Shown: positions 26,001 through 39,182 of the stretch, one piece after another
Layout of the letters: each line of letters starts with the position of its first letter
Numbering within the stretch: position 1 is the first letter of the stretch
NCBI GenBank assembly: GCA_950097015.1
Contig: CATNEN010000012.1
Location: 1,860,001-1,924,000, forward strand
Reading direction: 5' to 3'
DNA from: Macrostomum hystrix
Taxonomy: Eukaryota; Animalia; Platyhelminthes
Length of the DNA stretch: 64,000 bases
Program-made: the position numbers and the translations under genes
The notes under the pieces: generated by a model
What the model was told of the DNA's origin: nothing
Seen by the model: only the letters and a program-made list of their open reading frames with translations
The model's database searches: none

Positions 26001-28639
26001 AAATATCGACTTTAAAAACATCAGCATTTCTATGGGATTCGGGCAGAACTCTCTGGTGTGACAGTGACCAACAAATAGAAGTTACTTTAGGACAAAAATA
26101 AATAGACAAAGGCAGCATTCCTTGGCTTAGCAGTTCATCAAGAGCTTTGAAAAAAAAGAAAAAAAGGAAGCCCTCGAGCTGTGTGTGTGTGTGAGCTCTC
26201 TCTCCGATCGAGGCTGGCACACGCGTGCCTGCGCAAAGCTAACTGAATGCCTGCGGACTACGAGTTGTCCAGTGCGGCGTAGTCCAGCGTGTGCTCCGTT
26301 TTTTTTCCTTGCGTGAGTCGCGCCTGGACTGAGGGTGTGTGCGTGCGTCGGGGCAAGGGGCTGCCTACCGAGCCCGTGCGCCAGCTTCACTTCCTCCTCC
26401 CATCTAATTGACCCTCGGCTTTAGTCCTATCTAGTGCGCACGCGCCGACTCTCCATCCTCCACCTCGATCTTCTCTCCTATTTCTCTTTCTATCTTCATC
26501 TTCAGAGCACCTCCGCTTTGATGCATTCTCTCATTGCCCACAGCCCCTTGGGTACTCAGCGTTCAGGATTTAACAAAAAAATGAGACTGGCCTCTTCTTT
26601 TCGGCCTCTTTTTCCAACCATCGTGTCCTCCGCCCTGTTCCGCTTTGCCCTATTGCCTTGCCGCGGGCTTCCCTGCCTTCAATTGCACCCTGAAGGCTCG
26701 GCACTGCGGCAGCGCGCGAAGATTTCTAAGCGCAGGCCTTGGCAAATTAAGCCCGAAGGCACAAGAGAGAGAGTCAGAAAGTGGAGAGCGGGGAAGGCGC
26801 GGCTTTTGGCAAAAACCGAGAAGAGAGCAGGCGAGGCTCAGGAGGGATATGAAAGGACGGCTTTAGGCACAAGAAGAAGACGCCTGGCAGTGATTTGAGC
26901 TTTTCCTTGCTTTTAGTTGCCTGTGCTCACTGCTCCCCGTTTTCTTCTCACTGGCCGCCTCTTCAACCGTCCACTTCGGCATCTGGAAAAATGCCTCAGT
27001 GCATATTAAAAAGGGCAGCTGTTCTGGCGTCTCGCCTGCGTCAGTGTTGAAGAAGGAGAAAGCGGCCCAAAGAGAGAAGCCCCGAAATAGTTTTTTTCTT
27101 TGTTGCCTGGGTAGTGAAGCTGCCGCTGTTGTTGGCAGGGGAACATTGAAAAGGCGATGCGGCAGAGTGCAGAAAAGAGAGAAGAACGGATGAAGTTCTT
27201 CAGTTAAGAAGGTGCACTGTAATGCACTATAGTCGGTAGCCATGCAGGCCTTTAAATAGGCCTATTAATGCGCATAGATCGCAGATTCATAGTACTTTTA
27301 ACTGATTGCGCCTGATATTTGGTTGGTTGTATTGCCTCTGTACTTCACAGATGCTGCACCACTTTAGAAATCTGTTACTGACAGTTCAAGTCAAAGTTTG
27401 CACTTTTACAATGAAGAACGCTTCGATCCAGTTAGATTTAGGAAAAAGTAGCGCTTGAGTCTACTGACTGCAAATTGCAGGGCAAAGTAAACCGTCTTCT
27501 GTCCCCTCTAGGTTAGAAGGACAAGCAACAGTTTTTGGGGTTCTACTTTTTTGTTGCTAGAAATTCGTTAGCTCCGTAATGAAATTTGCATCATGCCGAA
27601 AGAGAGTTACGGCCACAGGCCTAATCTAACTTGCTCGACTGAGAACTGACTCGATTTTTCTGTCCCAAATTCATCTCTGTTCGCTGCTCGTCTTCTTGTT
27701 TTTTTCTGCTTGTTTACAGCTTGTAGCAACTGTTGCTATGCAACAGAGGGAAAGGGAGATAGTAACGGGATTCGACTGGCTTTGTTGTTTTTGTTGTTGA
27801 AACGTTTTTGCATTAATATTTTTGCTACATCCGCGATCCTGCCTGTCTGCTGTAGAGTTCTTTTTATCTTTTTTTTCTCTTATGCTTTTCTAAGCTGAGA
27901 CCCCAACAAAGCAGATTAGACTCGCACAGGAAGGGAAGACTGCGTGTGTGTGTGGGTGCGTACGCGAGTTGGGAATGCATCTGACCGACTCTGCTATACT
28001 CAGAGAATCAACTCGCATCAATACGCCCAGGCCCTCTCCTCTCTCTCTTCCCTTGCTCTACAATCCCGTACTGCCTCCAAGCTGCGGCTTAGTAGAATAT
28101 TCTTCCTTCCTTTCTTGCTCTTATCCATCACTCTCTTGCCATGTTTTCCCTGTTTCTTCATCGTCCTAGTTCGGATGGCTCCCGATTTGGATAATGTAAT
28201 CCGGCGCATTTTCCTCGTCTCAGCATTGGGACTGGGAGGGATTGAGTCGTTGGATAATTGTTGCGCTGCTTACTTTATCCCTATACTCCAGCCTCTCCTG
28301 TACTAGATATCCGTTTTCCTTTGAGCAGTCCGTTGAGCATTATTTAGCCAACTGTGAAGAAAATCGTTTTCTATCTTTCCCTTCAATGTCCCCCGCACTG
28401 CAGCAGTCGCACTGCTAATCAGCTTTCAATTACTGGCGGCGCAATAAGCAGATATGTTGAAGGAGGCACAGTTTCTTAAGTTGACACTCCAAGACTGGGT
28501 TGAGATGAGCGGGTAAGATTTGAGTTTAGCCAATGCTACTGTCGCTGCTGCTGTTCGGTCTCGTCTTTCCTTGAATTAAGCTCAGTGTTCAAATTTAAGG
28601 GATTTTCCTATTAGTTATTTTTTCTGACATGACGAAGTG

Positions 28640-29200
28640 CCTCATTATCTACTATTTAGAAAGGTAAAGGGAATTTCCTCAACAACCAGGCAGTTTAGGA
28701 TGTCCTCCGAGCCCCGGCTGCAGAAACACCTTGCGGATCTGCTTGACGCAGTTCACACGGGCCTGACGTGGGTCTGCAGTAAGGTCATGGGGCACCCAGG
28801 CCGAGCAGACATTTCAGTTGGAGATCCTCCGTCAAGATGCGATGCACTGTCTTGAAATCAATCTCCAAGCAGTCTGCTAGCTCCCTGACAGACTGCTGCT
28901 GGTCTTCGTTGACCAGGTCGCTAATGACATCAATGTTTTCTGTTGTCTTGGTTGAACATGGTCGGCCAGTTCTGGTGGCATCTCCCAATTCGAACCCAGG
29001 ATCAGTAAAGGTGTGAAACCACCTGTTATTTGTTCTGCGAGTTGTCCTGGCAGTTGTCTGGCAGTGTGGTCCGGAGATCCTCCTCTACTTCTGCCGCAAA
29101 TTTTCCAAGCTTAAAGCGAACGAAAGCGTTGAACTGGATGTGCGTCTTGCCGTGATTCATGCTGATTTTTGCTCGATTGAGCCATCGTCTCCAATGCACT
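28640..29200 (-). mobile_element. Degenerate mariner (Tc1/mariner) transposase N-terminal fragment
   Basis: Frameshifted pieces: NRWFHTF..LGDATRTGRP..TTENIDVISDLVNED..SVRELADCLEIDFKTVHRILTEDL (HTH region), then VCSAWVPHDLT (WVPHEL motif). No DDD domain or TIRs were identified. Confidence 0.85.
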
Positions 29201-30678
29201 GGTATTGCTTCACAATGCACAGTTTGCGGCTTCACTACCCACACGTGCATATACCTACATACTTTAGACAAAGGCATGCAGTGACATTACTTATGACGCA
29301 CGTATTATGAAGTAAGTCCGCCTATTGGGGTCCAATATAGTAAGTCCGCCTATCTAAAGCTCTATGGTTTATGTTATTTAGGGTCAAAGTCTTCTAGCTT
29401 TGCGTGTTTACTATTTGTTGCATCTTTCCGCCGGCCTGCTTTGGAATGCTTCAGAGAAATTCACGCAGAGGTTAGTGGAGTAAAGAGAGGGTTGTAATTG
29501 GATTTGGTCTACTTTCTACACGCAAGTTTGGAGGCTGTCTGCAAGCCAATAACTTATTGAACTCGGCTCTCCTTCTATTCTCTGTCCCAATTCATTTGTG
29601 GAGTTTTTCCCTGAAGTCCTAAATCCTGCAGAAGCACTTGCGGCTGGCCTTTTTTGTTCAGAATTTCGTCAATCTAAAAGCTAGCTTTGTTGCAGGTTTC
29701 AAATTTCATGCGTATAGATATTGTCAGCCTGTCACGACCAGTTGGTGCACACTGACTAGGAATAGACGTACTAAATCCCTTTGATCGAGTAGCTTGGATG
29801 GTCGGTAGTTGGTGGGGCTGGTGTGCATTGCTTGATTCGATTCGTTTCTGTATAGACTGCATGCGTTTGCTTGACTAGCCGCGCTCTCTCGTGACTTGCT
29901 GAGGAAATTCGCTGAGGTCTGGGCTGCCTAGGGCTATATGGGGGGATTTCGTGGGACCCTGCCCTTTTCCCAGAATCTGAGTCTCTCCATTTCTTTGTCC
30001 TCATCTTCAGCTCCGTGCCGCATTCACTAATCCCCTGCGTGTACTTTATTTCTAGCCAGTTCTTTAGTATCTGGCCTTCTTAAGTATCTGGTCAAAGTCT
30101 CGCTCTAGAGTCCCAGCTCTAAGCGTGACGCGAATAATAGGAAGCAAAGATGCGACCTTTTTAGACTATGCCCGGGAGTAATTGAGAATTTGGGATCTAG
30201 CTGCGCCTCAGTCAGACTCCGTGTGCTCTGAAAATAGTTCTCTCAAATCAATGCCACAAGCATTCTTAAGTGAGTTTTTAGCTATAACTCCCTCTGAGTA
30301 AGCTCTGAGTAAGCGCGTGTAGATCATTACGATTTTTAGCACCAATCAATAACCGATTTTGATGCTGCATTTGCTTGCTTGCGTGTGCCTGTGGGTCCCC
30401 AGACTGCAGGCAATCTTCAGCTAACGCTGGGCCCTATAATGTTGAGCACTGAGCAGCTAAGCAAGCCCATAGCTGTTGCTATTTCGATTGCTTCTCTCTC
30501 GTTCTCTCTCTATCACGATTGGACCAAATTGGTTATGCCAGACTACACCGCTTAATTGGCTAATGATATTTAGTTACATATATGTAATCAAAATATACTT
30601 CCTAATGATTCATGGATTGAGTGTTGTTTCTGTACTTTTCTGTACCGAGTGTTCTATTTCTCTACCTATACAGGCTTC

Positions 30679-30733
30679 CAAGCCCGGTGTGTGTGTGTGT
30701 GTGTGTGTGTGTAGTGTGTGTGTGTGTGTGTGT
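30679..30733. repeat. (GT)n microsatellite
   Basis: Direct observation. Confidence 0.95.
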
Positions 30734-31105
30734 GTTAGATCATGGCCCACAAACTGATGTTAGTTATCTTTCTATACAGCATCGTGGATTAAACTATTTT
30801 TTCTGCACCCTGCTGCATCTATAAGATTTATTAGTTGTTTATCTAATTAACGGACTTCAATTTGCTTGCACTTATATGCTGCTTATGCGTTCTTTCCCGT
30901 CCAGTTTTTGAGTTCTTAAACGATGCGCAGCATATTTTCAAGTACTGCGCCCTGTATTTAAACACAAAACACTTTAGTTCAGTGTCAACCATTTATGCTT
31001 ATTTTTTTCAAATTAACGGCAAAAACTATTTTATTTATAAAACAAAATTGTTATAAGTTCTCTACTAACCTTAATAGACTATATAGACTAAATTGTTTTT
31101 AAGCT

Positions 31106-32451
31106 CTTCAGATCCTCAGCTAAAAGACACCACCCTCTTCAGATTCTCAGCTAAAAGACACCACCCTCTTCAGATCTTCAGCTAAAAGACACCACCCTCT
31201 TCAGATCCTCAGCTAAAAGACACCACCCTGTTTAGATCCTCAGCGAAAAGACACCACCTTCTTCAGATCCTCAGCTAAAAGACACCACTCTCTTCAGATT
31301 CTCAGCTAAAAGACACCACCCTCTTCAGGTTCTCAGCTAAAAGACACCACCTTCTTCAGATCCTCAGCTAAAAGACACCACCTTCTTCAGATCCTCAGCT
31401 AAAAGACACCACCTTCTTTAGATCCTCAGCTAAAAGACACCACCTTCTTTAGATTCCTCAGCTAAAAGACACCACCTTCTTCAGATCCTCAGCTAAAAGA
31501 CACCACCTTCTTCAGATCCTCAGCTAAAAGACCACCACCTTCTTCAGATCCTCAGCTAAAAGACACCACCTTCTCTAGATCCTCAGCTAAAAGACACCAC
31601 CTTCTTCAGATCCTCAGCTAAAAGACACCACCTTCTTAGATCCTCAGCTAAAAGACACCACCTTCTCTAGATCCTCAGCTAAAAGACACCACCTTCTTCA
31701 GATCCTCAGCTAAAAGACACCACCTTCTTTAGATCCTCAGCTAAAAGACACCACCTTCTTCAGATCCTCAGCTAAAAGACACCACCTTCTTCAGATCCTC
31801 AGCTAAAAGACACCACCTTCTTCAGATTCTCAGCTAAAAGACACCACCTTCTTTAGATCCTTAGCTAAAAGACACCACCTTCTTCAGATCCTCAGCTAAA
31901 AGACACCACCTTCTTCAGATCCTCAGCTAAAAGACACCACCTTCTTCAGATCCTCAGCTAAAAGACACCACCTTCTTTAGATCCTCAGCTAAAAGACACC
32001 ACCTTCTCTAGATCCTCAGCTAAAAGACACCACCTTCTTCAGATCCTCAGCTAAAAGACACCACCTTCTTTAGATCCTCAGCTAAAAGACACCACCTTCT
32101 TCAGATCCTCAGCTAAAAGACACCACCTTCTTCAGATTCTCAGCTAAAAGACACCACCTTCTTCAGATCCTCAGCTAAAAGACACCACCTTCTTCAGATC
32201 CTCAGCTAAAAGACACCACCTTCTTCAGATCCTCAGCTAAAAGACACCACCTTCTTCAGATCCTCAGCTAAAAGACACCACCTTCTTCAGATCCTCAGCT
32301 AAAAGACACCACCTTCTTCAGATTCTCAGCTAAAAGACACCACCTTCTTCAGATCCTCAGCTAAAAGACACCACCTTCTTCAGATCCTCAGCTAAAAGAC
32401 ACCACCTTCTTCAGATCCTCAGCTAAAAGACACCACCTTCTTTAGATCCTT
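31106..32451. repeat. 31-bp minisatellite, about 43 copies
   Basis: Unit ttcagatcctcagctaaaagacaccaccttc. It ends about 130 bp before the OXR1-like exon at 32580. Confidence 0.97.
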
Positions 32452-32579
32452 AGCCATTTAGTTTTAATTGAGCCAAGTAGTTACCTGAAAGCGGATGTTG
32501 TTAATATTGTGAAATTATATATGAGCTAATCTCAATGCTTCAACCAGCAGTCTCGTCTTCCTCATCGCCTAATCTGCAG

Positions 32580-35500
32580 AGTCCATCAGTGAGCGCATCG
32601 CCAAGCAGAAGAAGAAGCGCAGGCGACGCAAAAGAATGAAACAGCCAAAGGAGTCGACAGGTTCCACCGGCTCGGCGACGTCTGAGAAGGCGAAAATTGA
32701 GTATACTGTGAGTTCATACTGTCTCTGGTGTCAGATTCCCATATACTGGGAAATCAAAGGTGAAAAAATGAAGGAATTATTTGGCTCTCGAAATCTGAGA
32801 ATAGTTCTCAGCTATTGAAAGTGAGGCCAGGAATCAACTCGGCAAGAAGTTTGCTCAGCAATGAGAATTTCAATAGGAGAGGATTCGGGATGGGGTGTCG
32901 CTGGCCACTTTTAGGGGAAATGAAAATTGCCATAAGAATGAGCCAGCCCGAGTTCTGATCATCCGGCATTAAAATCTCCGGCATCGATGAAATTCTATCC
33001 AGAAAGGAGGCGAACAGAAGGCGCCGCGTTGCTGCTCGGCGCGGCTCGGCTGCAAAAATAAATAGAGAGAATTGGGTGGGCATTTTTCCATCGGTTCGTG
33101 CCGCCTTGCTTCTCTTCTAGCGGGTTTTAATCCCAATCTCTCCCCACCTGGCCTCGATGAGTCCCTGAGTCGAATGGAGTAAATAAGTCCTGTGGGTTTC
33201 AAGAGCGCCGCTCTCTGATGCGGCCTTGGTCTCAGGTGTGCTGCCCTACGGATTCTAAATCTGACTGACGTGCCTCCGCTGTCTCTGCTTCTGGGTGAAG
33301 GCAGTCTCCTCTGCCCACTGTCCTCGATGTCTGCTCATATCCTCTACAATTTCGTGCTTATCAATTCTAGGGAGAAATTTTTGCTCTCTTTGTCTTGACT
33401 GCTTCAGCAATGAAGTTGATGAATTATTCAGCTTTTATCATACGCCACCCTAGAAGCATGTCTACTTTTCTTAATTATTTTTCGGCCTTGCTTCTTCTTC
33501 ATACTTGCTACTTGTAAGTAGGGATTGCAGGTTATTCTTTCACAAACAAATCCATATCATGCAGGATGTGGCCCACAAAATGAAAAATTAGATCTCTAAC
33601 GTTTACAGGCCTCTAAAATCAAGCGTGAGATCTCATACAGATTCCTAGCAGAGAGAAAATGAGATCTCACACACGTCCATAGCAGAGAGGAAATGAGATC
33701 TCACACAGGTACCTAACAGAAACGATATGAGATCTCACACAGGTACCTAACAGAAACGATATGTGATCTCACACAGGTACCTAACAGAAACGATATGTGA
33801 TCTCACACAGGTACCTAACAGAAACGATATGAGATCTCACACAGGTACCTAACAGAAAAGATATGAGATCTCACACAGGTACCTAACAGAAAAGATATGA
33901 GATCTCACACAGGTACCTAACAGAAACGATATGAGATCTCACACAGGTACCTAACAGAAAAGATATGAGATCTCACACAGGTACCTAACAGAAACGATAT
34001 GAGATCTCACACAGGTACCTAACAGAAAAGATATGAGATCTCACACAGGTACCTAACAGAAACGATATGAGATCTCACACAGGTACCTAACAGAAACGAT
34101 ATGAGATCTCACACAGGTACCTAACAGAAAAGATATGAGATCTCACACAGGTACCTAACAGAAAAGATATGAGATCTCACACAGGTACCTAACAGAAACG
34201 ATATGAGATCTCAAACAGGTACCTAACAGAAACGATATGAGATCTCACACAGGTACCTAACAGAAACGATATGAGATCTCACACAGGTACCTAACAGAAA
34301 AGATACGGGACTTCTTAAAGGCAGTGCCAGGAAGCTATAAATGTCGCGATGGCGCCAATAAATCTCCCCAGGTTCGGGATCGTGACACCCTGACCAGCAT
34401 CGCGGCCAGATTCAACAGCACCCCGTCGGAGCTGTGCCTACTAAACCGGCGCAGCAATCGCATAGTGTTTCCCGGAATGCGCCTCATTGTGCCAGATCCG
34501 GACGCGCCGGCGCCAGCTTCGCCGACTGCCACGGCTGCGGCTAATGCTGATGCAATCGGAGGCGGTTCCTCTGTCAGCAAGTCGCAATCCGAGTCATCCA
34601 ATTTCAGTTCAACATCTACTAATGGCGAAGACGACGCCATTTCACCGCTGCCTGGCGCCGAGCAGCGGCAGCAGCAGCAGCCGCCGCCGAATCCGGAAGA
34701 TCCGCACGAACGCAAGTTTATCAAAGCCAAGGTGCGGTTAATGACTCACAGCGACGGAGTGGTCTCCGGCACCCTGCTAGTGACCCCAAATACCATCCTG
34801 TTCGATCCAAATGTCTCCGATCCTCTGGTGATCGAGCGCGGACCGGACATGTACAGCGTGGCCCATCCGCTTGGTCACGTGATGTCGCTAAACGCCTATA
34901 TCAGTCCGGAACTGATGGCGCTCCGTCGAGAGGAACGCGAGGCCGCTGCGGCAGCCGGCGCTGGCAACGAGTACGCCCTGACTGGCGACGAGGCTGCAGC
35001 CGCTTCGGCATCCGTCACTCCGGCCAGCCTCGGCTCGGCTAGCAGCTTCAGCCAGCTGCCCCAACAGCTCATGGTGGACCTGTCCTGCGGCCTGTTCTCC
35101 ACTCAGCGGCACGACCTGCGCCAGGTGACGGATCTGTCGCAGCCGCCTGCCCAGCTGGCAGCTGAGCGGCTTCATCCGCACACGTGCACCCAGTTCGAAG
35201 ATCGGCCTCTCTATCTGTGCGTGTCTCTAAAGCCGCGCGCTGTCGGTGTCGCCCGATGCGGCAGCAGGCGCGGCAAGCGAGCCGTCGGCAGCAGCGCCAG
35301 CAGGCAGGACGAGCTCTGGTTCAGCGTTGCTAGACGTGACGCCGACATGCTGTACGTGTTCCTGCGGCGCTGCGGCGCCGCCGCCGCCGGTGGCACCTGC
35401 GTCAGCAGCGGAGGCGACCAGGTGGGTCTCTATTGCTTCCTTAAGCGTCCCCAATAAACCCTAATAATAAGGACAATTGCAGGAGGGCTGCGGGCAATGG

Positions 35501-36786
35501 CGCATCATTTGGTCATACTAGACCCGCAGCCAGCGAGGAGGCAATTCTGCGCATTCCGCTGACTCCTGAGCACACACGCACACACGCACACAGATTCTGT
35601 ATGCAAGCACACGCTCACACAGGTGTGTATATGTGCCCTGACTTTCTCATCGTCAGGCAGTGAAAACTTTCACTGTGCCCTGGAGGTTGGCTCTCAAGGG
35701 CGTAAATTGCATGACAAGTGGCCTCGCCGCGGAATCGAGCTCGGGGACCTCGGTGCGAAAGGCAAACGCGTTAGACCACTGCCACTCACTTCCCTGAGTT
35801 GCTCCCTAAAACTCTTTAACCTTTCTCAGCTTCTATCCCAGTTTCCAAATATTACTCCGCTCATCCGCTATCCATTGCAGTCCCAGCCCATGCCGTCATT
35901 AGTGTCGTCCCGCGCCGACGACTATTACTTCGTCGAGGGCGGCTCCATCTGTGCCGGCGCTGGCCCCGGCGCCGTCGCCATGGCTGGCAGCTGGCAGTTG
36001 GTGTGTGCTGATCAGAGCTCCCTAATCCTGCCCAGCCGCGAGGATCTGCCTCTGCCTCGCCTAGTCGACGGCCGGTCTCGCCTGCTGTCCCGCCGACGCC
36101 TGCGCCATCTGGTCAAAGCACTGCCACCGCGCGCCGAGGGTCACAACCTGCGCCTGCTGTACTCGGCCGGTCGGCATGGCTTCAGCCTGAAGAGCGCCTA
36201 CAGGGCCTGCGCTGAGGCTGCGGCTCCTGACGCCTTCTGCCTGCTGCTGGTGCTGGACACCGACGGTCACCTATTCGGCGCATTCCTCAGCGGCGTCATG
36301 CGCCAGTCGGAGCATCACTACGGCACTGGCGAGACCTTCGTATTCCGCTGGGAGCGCCTGGTGCAGCCCGTCCGCTCGGAGACCAGCGGCGGCAATTGCC
36401 AGTTCACCGTCGACGGCAGCGGCGAGGTCGACTGCGAAGTAGACGCCGGCGGCGTAGCTAATAGCAACAACGAGAACAACGAGGTGATTGCCGACGGCGA
36501 CGATGATAATGAGGACGAAGATGACGACGAGGATGATGAGGACTGCGACTTCTATCAGTACTCTTGGACCGGAGAGAACACATTTTTTCTGCGCGGCGCC
36601 ACTGACGCCTTTACCGTCGGCAGCTGCCGCGGCCGCTGCGCCATCTGGCTTGACTCCGGCTTATTCAGGGGTCGCTCGCAGCGCTGCGACACTTTTAACA
36701 ATCCGGTACTGTGCGGCGCCAAGGAGGACTTCCTGGTGCGCGACATTGAGCTTTGGGAGTTCGCCGACCCCACGCGAGATTACTGA
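32580..36786 (+). CDS. OXR1: OXR1/NCOA7 (mustard)-like LysM-GRAM-TLDc protein (5'-partial)
   Basis: Exons 32580-32707, 34372-35421 and 35881-36786, all in phase. The junction rebuilds IEYT|VRDRDTLTSIAARFNSTPSEL (LysM). It also has FIKAKVRLMT..GVVSGTLLVTPNTILFDP and the TLDc motifs HGFSLKS, FGAFLS, YGTGETFVF, WTGENTFF and IWLDSGLFRGRSQRCDTFNN. A possible upstream start exon 30251-30269 (MPQAFL, phase 1) is speculative. Confidence 0.9.
33625..34305. repeat. 34-bp minisatellite, about 18 clean copies, in OXR1-like intron
   Basis: Unit gagatctcacacaggtacctaacagaaacgatat, with degenerate leading copies at 33625-33715. Confidence 0.96.
35460..35792 (-). mobile_element. SINE family B in OXR1-like intron
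   Basis: The minus strand begins gagtggcagtggtctaacgcg (A-box-like), then gctcgattcc (B-box-like), with a (TAA)-type tail at the left. It is homologous to 1-243 and 47432-47793. Confidence 0.82.
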
Positions 36787-36864
36787 GCCGTTTTTTATTA
36801 AACCGACTTCTTGCATTGAATTGCACTGATGCTCCTGAGCGACTGTCAGTCTCTTCTTCAGGCT

Positions 36865-37203
36865 GGAGACAGGTTCTGATTCAGTTTGCAGACAGGTTCA
36901 TCATAACCTTTACCTGGCTACAGACAGGTTCTGATTCAGGGTGCAGACAGGTTCTGATTCAGGGTGCAGACAGGTTCTGATTCAGGGTGCAGACAGGTTC
37001 TGATTCAGGCTACAGACAGGTTCTGATTCAGTCTGCAGACAGGTTCTGATTCAGGCTGCAGACAGGTTATGATTCAGGCTACAGACAGGTTCTGATTCAG
37101 GCTACAGACAGGTTCTGATTCAGGCTACAGACAGGTTCTGATTTAGGGTGCAGACAGGTTCTGATTCAGGGTGCAGACAGGTTATGATTCAGGGTGCAGA
37201 CGG
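36865..37203. repeat. 23-bp minisatellite, about 14 copies, downstream of the OXR1-like stop
   Basis: Unit acaggttctgattcagggtgcag. Confidence 0.93.
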
Positions 37204-38369
37204 GTACCTTTTTAGTCTTGACACCTGTGTCTCCAAGCGAAGCGAGTGGTTGCTAAGCGCTCAGTGTCCAATTGAATGGTTGCACAAGTTCAATGTGTTT
37301 TTGTGCACCCATGAATATGCTAATTAATTTAGTCTCACGAGAATATATTTTCGCAGTCTTGTGCACTCCCTTAGTTTCCTCATATTTATTGTTGCAGTTA
37401 AATTTAGTTGCTCATTCATCTAGTTCCGTCTCAGGTGTGTCAGTGTGTGTGCTAGTGGTTTCTTTCTATCATTCCTTCATTTAGGTTTCTGAGTTTTGAG
37501 ATATATATATGTATGTATATGAAATGCTTTATTACAGTGCACGCCATTTTTTTGCCATCGTCATCCGTTTAACGATTGCATCCCAGTGTTTTACTGTGAC
37601 CGCCTCTGCTCAACAACTCGCTATTTTCTAAATCAATCCTGAATTAAATATTTTACAAGCATAATAACTCCTTGGTGTTTGTTTTTGTGTCTTCTATTAT
37701 ACCCAAAGCAAAGCATAATGTTTCCCATCAATCCAAATCATAATCTCGAGGAATATTATATTTCCAATTTCATTGTCTTCTTGTTGCATGCCTAATCATT
37801 AGACTGCTCACAATTCTTGTGTCCATTGTTTCTAATGTCGATTTATATTTATTTTTTGTGTAAAATATTAACTTTTTTCGCGTTTTCCTAATTTTTGGCG
37901 CTAATTTTCATGCTTGCTACTCTTAAGCCCCAGTAGTTAGTAGCAGGTATAGCGAGAGCTTGACTAAATTTACGAGCGATCAGTATCACTATTATTGAAT
38001 ATAAAAACTGAACTAGCACACTTTTAATAATGCAACTGTGTTAACTTTATCACTCTTAGTGAGCTATGAGTAGTGAAAACATCTACTCGTAAATTATTGT
38101 TATGTCTCATTAGAGCTCTTGTTTGGCACAGTTTGTTGGCATTTCTCTTCGTTTATTCACTGCGCACTAATAGCCTTTTAGAATTACTTATTGATTCTGG
38201 TTTATCTGTTTATGATTCTATTTTTGTTATCAATATCTTGTACTTGTCAGCGGCCCACTTTTTGGGACAAATTAAGCTAGTTTTGTTGAAGGATTGGTGG
38301 GCATGCCAGTATTGATGCGTACACCACGCTAAATGCAGAATGCAGTCTTTATCCTACTCATCCCCATTA

Positions 38370-39182
38370 TCACCCCAACTTTCCATCCTTCCCATCGTCC
38401 TATCCTTCCAATCTTTCCCATCCTTTCCATCGTCATATCCTTCCCATCCTTCCCATCCTCCCATTTTTCCCATCCTTCCCATCCCCAATTCTTTCCCATC
38501 CTGCCATTCTTTCCCATCCTGCCATCCTTTCCCATCCTGCCATTCTTTCCCATCCTGCCATCCTTTCCCATCCTGCCATTCTTTCCCATCCTGCCATTCT
38601 TTCCCATCCTGCCATTATTTCCCATCCTTCCCATCATACCATCCTCCCATTCTTTCCCATCCATCCAATCCATCCCATCATTCCATCATCCCATTCTTTC
38701 CCATCCATCCAATCCATCCCATCCTTCTCATCCTTCCCATCCTCCCATTCTTTCCCATCCTTTCCATTGTCATATCCTTCCCATCCTTCCCATCCTCCCA
38801 TTCTTTCCCATCCTTTCCATCGTCATATCCTTCCCATCCTTCCCATCCTCCCATTTTTCCCATCCTTCCCATCCCCAATTCTTTCCCATCCTGCCATTCT
38901 TTCCCATACTGCCATCCTTTCCCATCCTGCCATTCTTTCCCATCCTGCCATTCTTTCCCATCCTGCCATTATTTCCCATCCTTCCCATCATACCATCCTC
39001 CCATTCTTTCCCATTTATCCAATCCATCCCATCATTCCATCATCCCATTCTTTCCCATCCATCCAATCCATCCCATCATTCCATCATCCCATTCTTTCCC
39101 ATCCATCCAATCCATCCCATTATTCCATCATCCCATTCTTTCCCATCCATCCAATCCATCCCATCATTCCATCATCCATTTC
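38370..39182. repeat. (ttcccatcc)-type low-complexity array with an internal duplication of about 390 bp
   Basis: The marker ccatcctttccatcgtcatatcc occurs at about 38417 and about 38807. It explains ORFs 38333-39452. Confidence 0.9.

Noticed and set aside
26434-28306. ORFs of 60-154 aa in the 26-28 kb region
   Set aside because: They have no domain motifs, poor codon bias and overlapping ORFs on both strands, and are probably incidental.
10634-34305. CRISPR-like appearance of the 26-, 31-, 34- and 50-bp arrays
   Set aside because: The units are head-to-tail with no unique spacers, there are no cas genes, and the context is eukaryotic.
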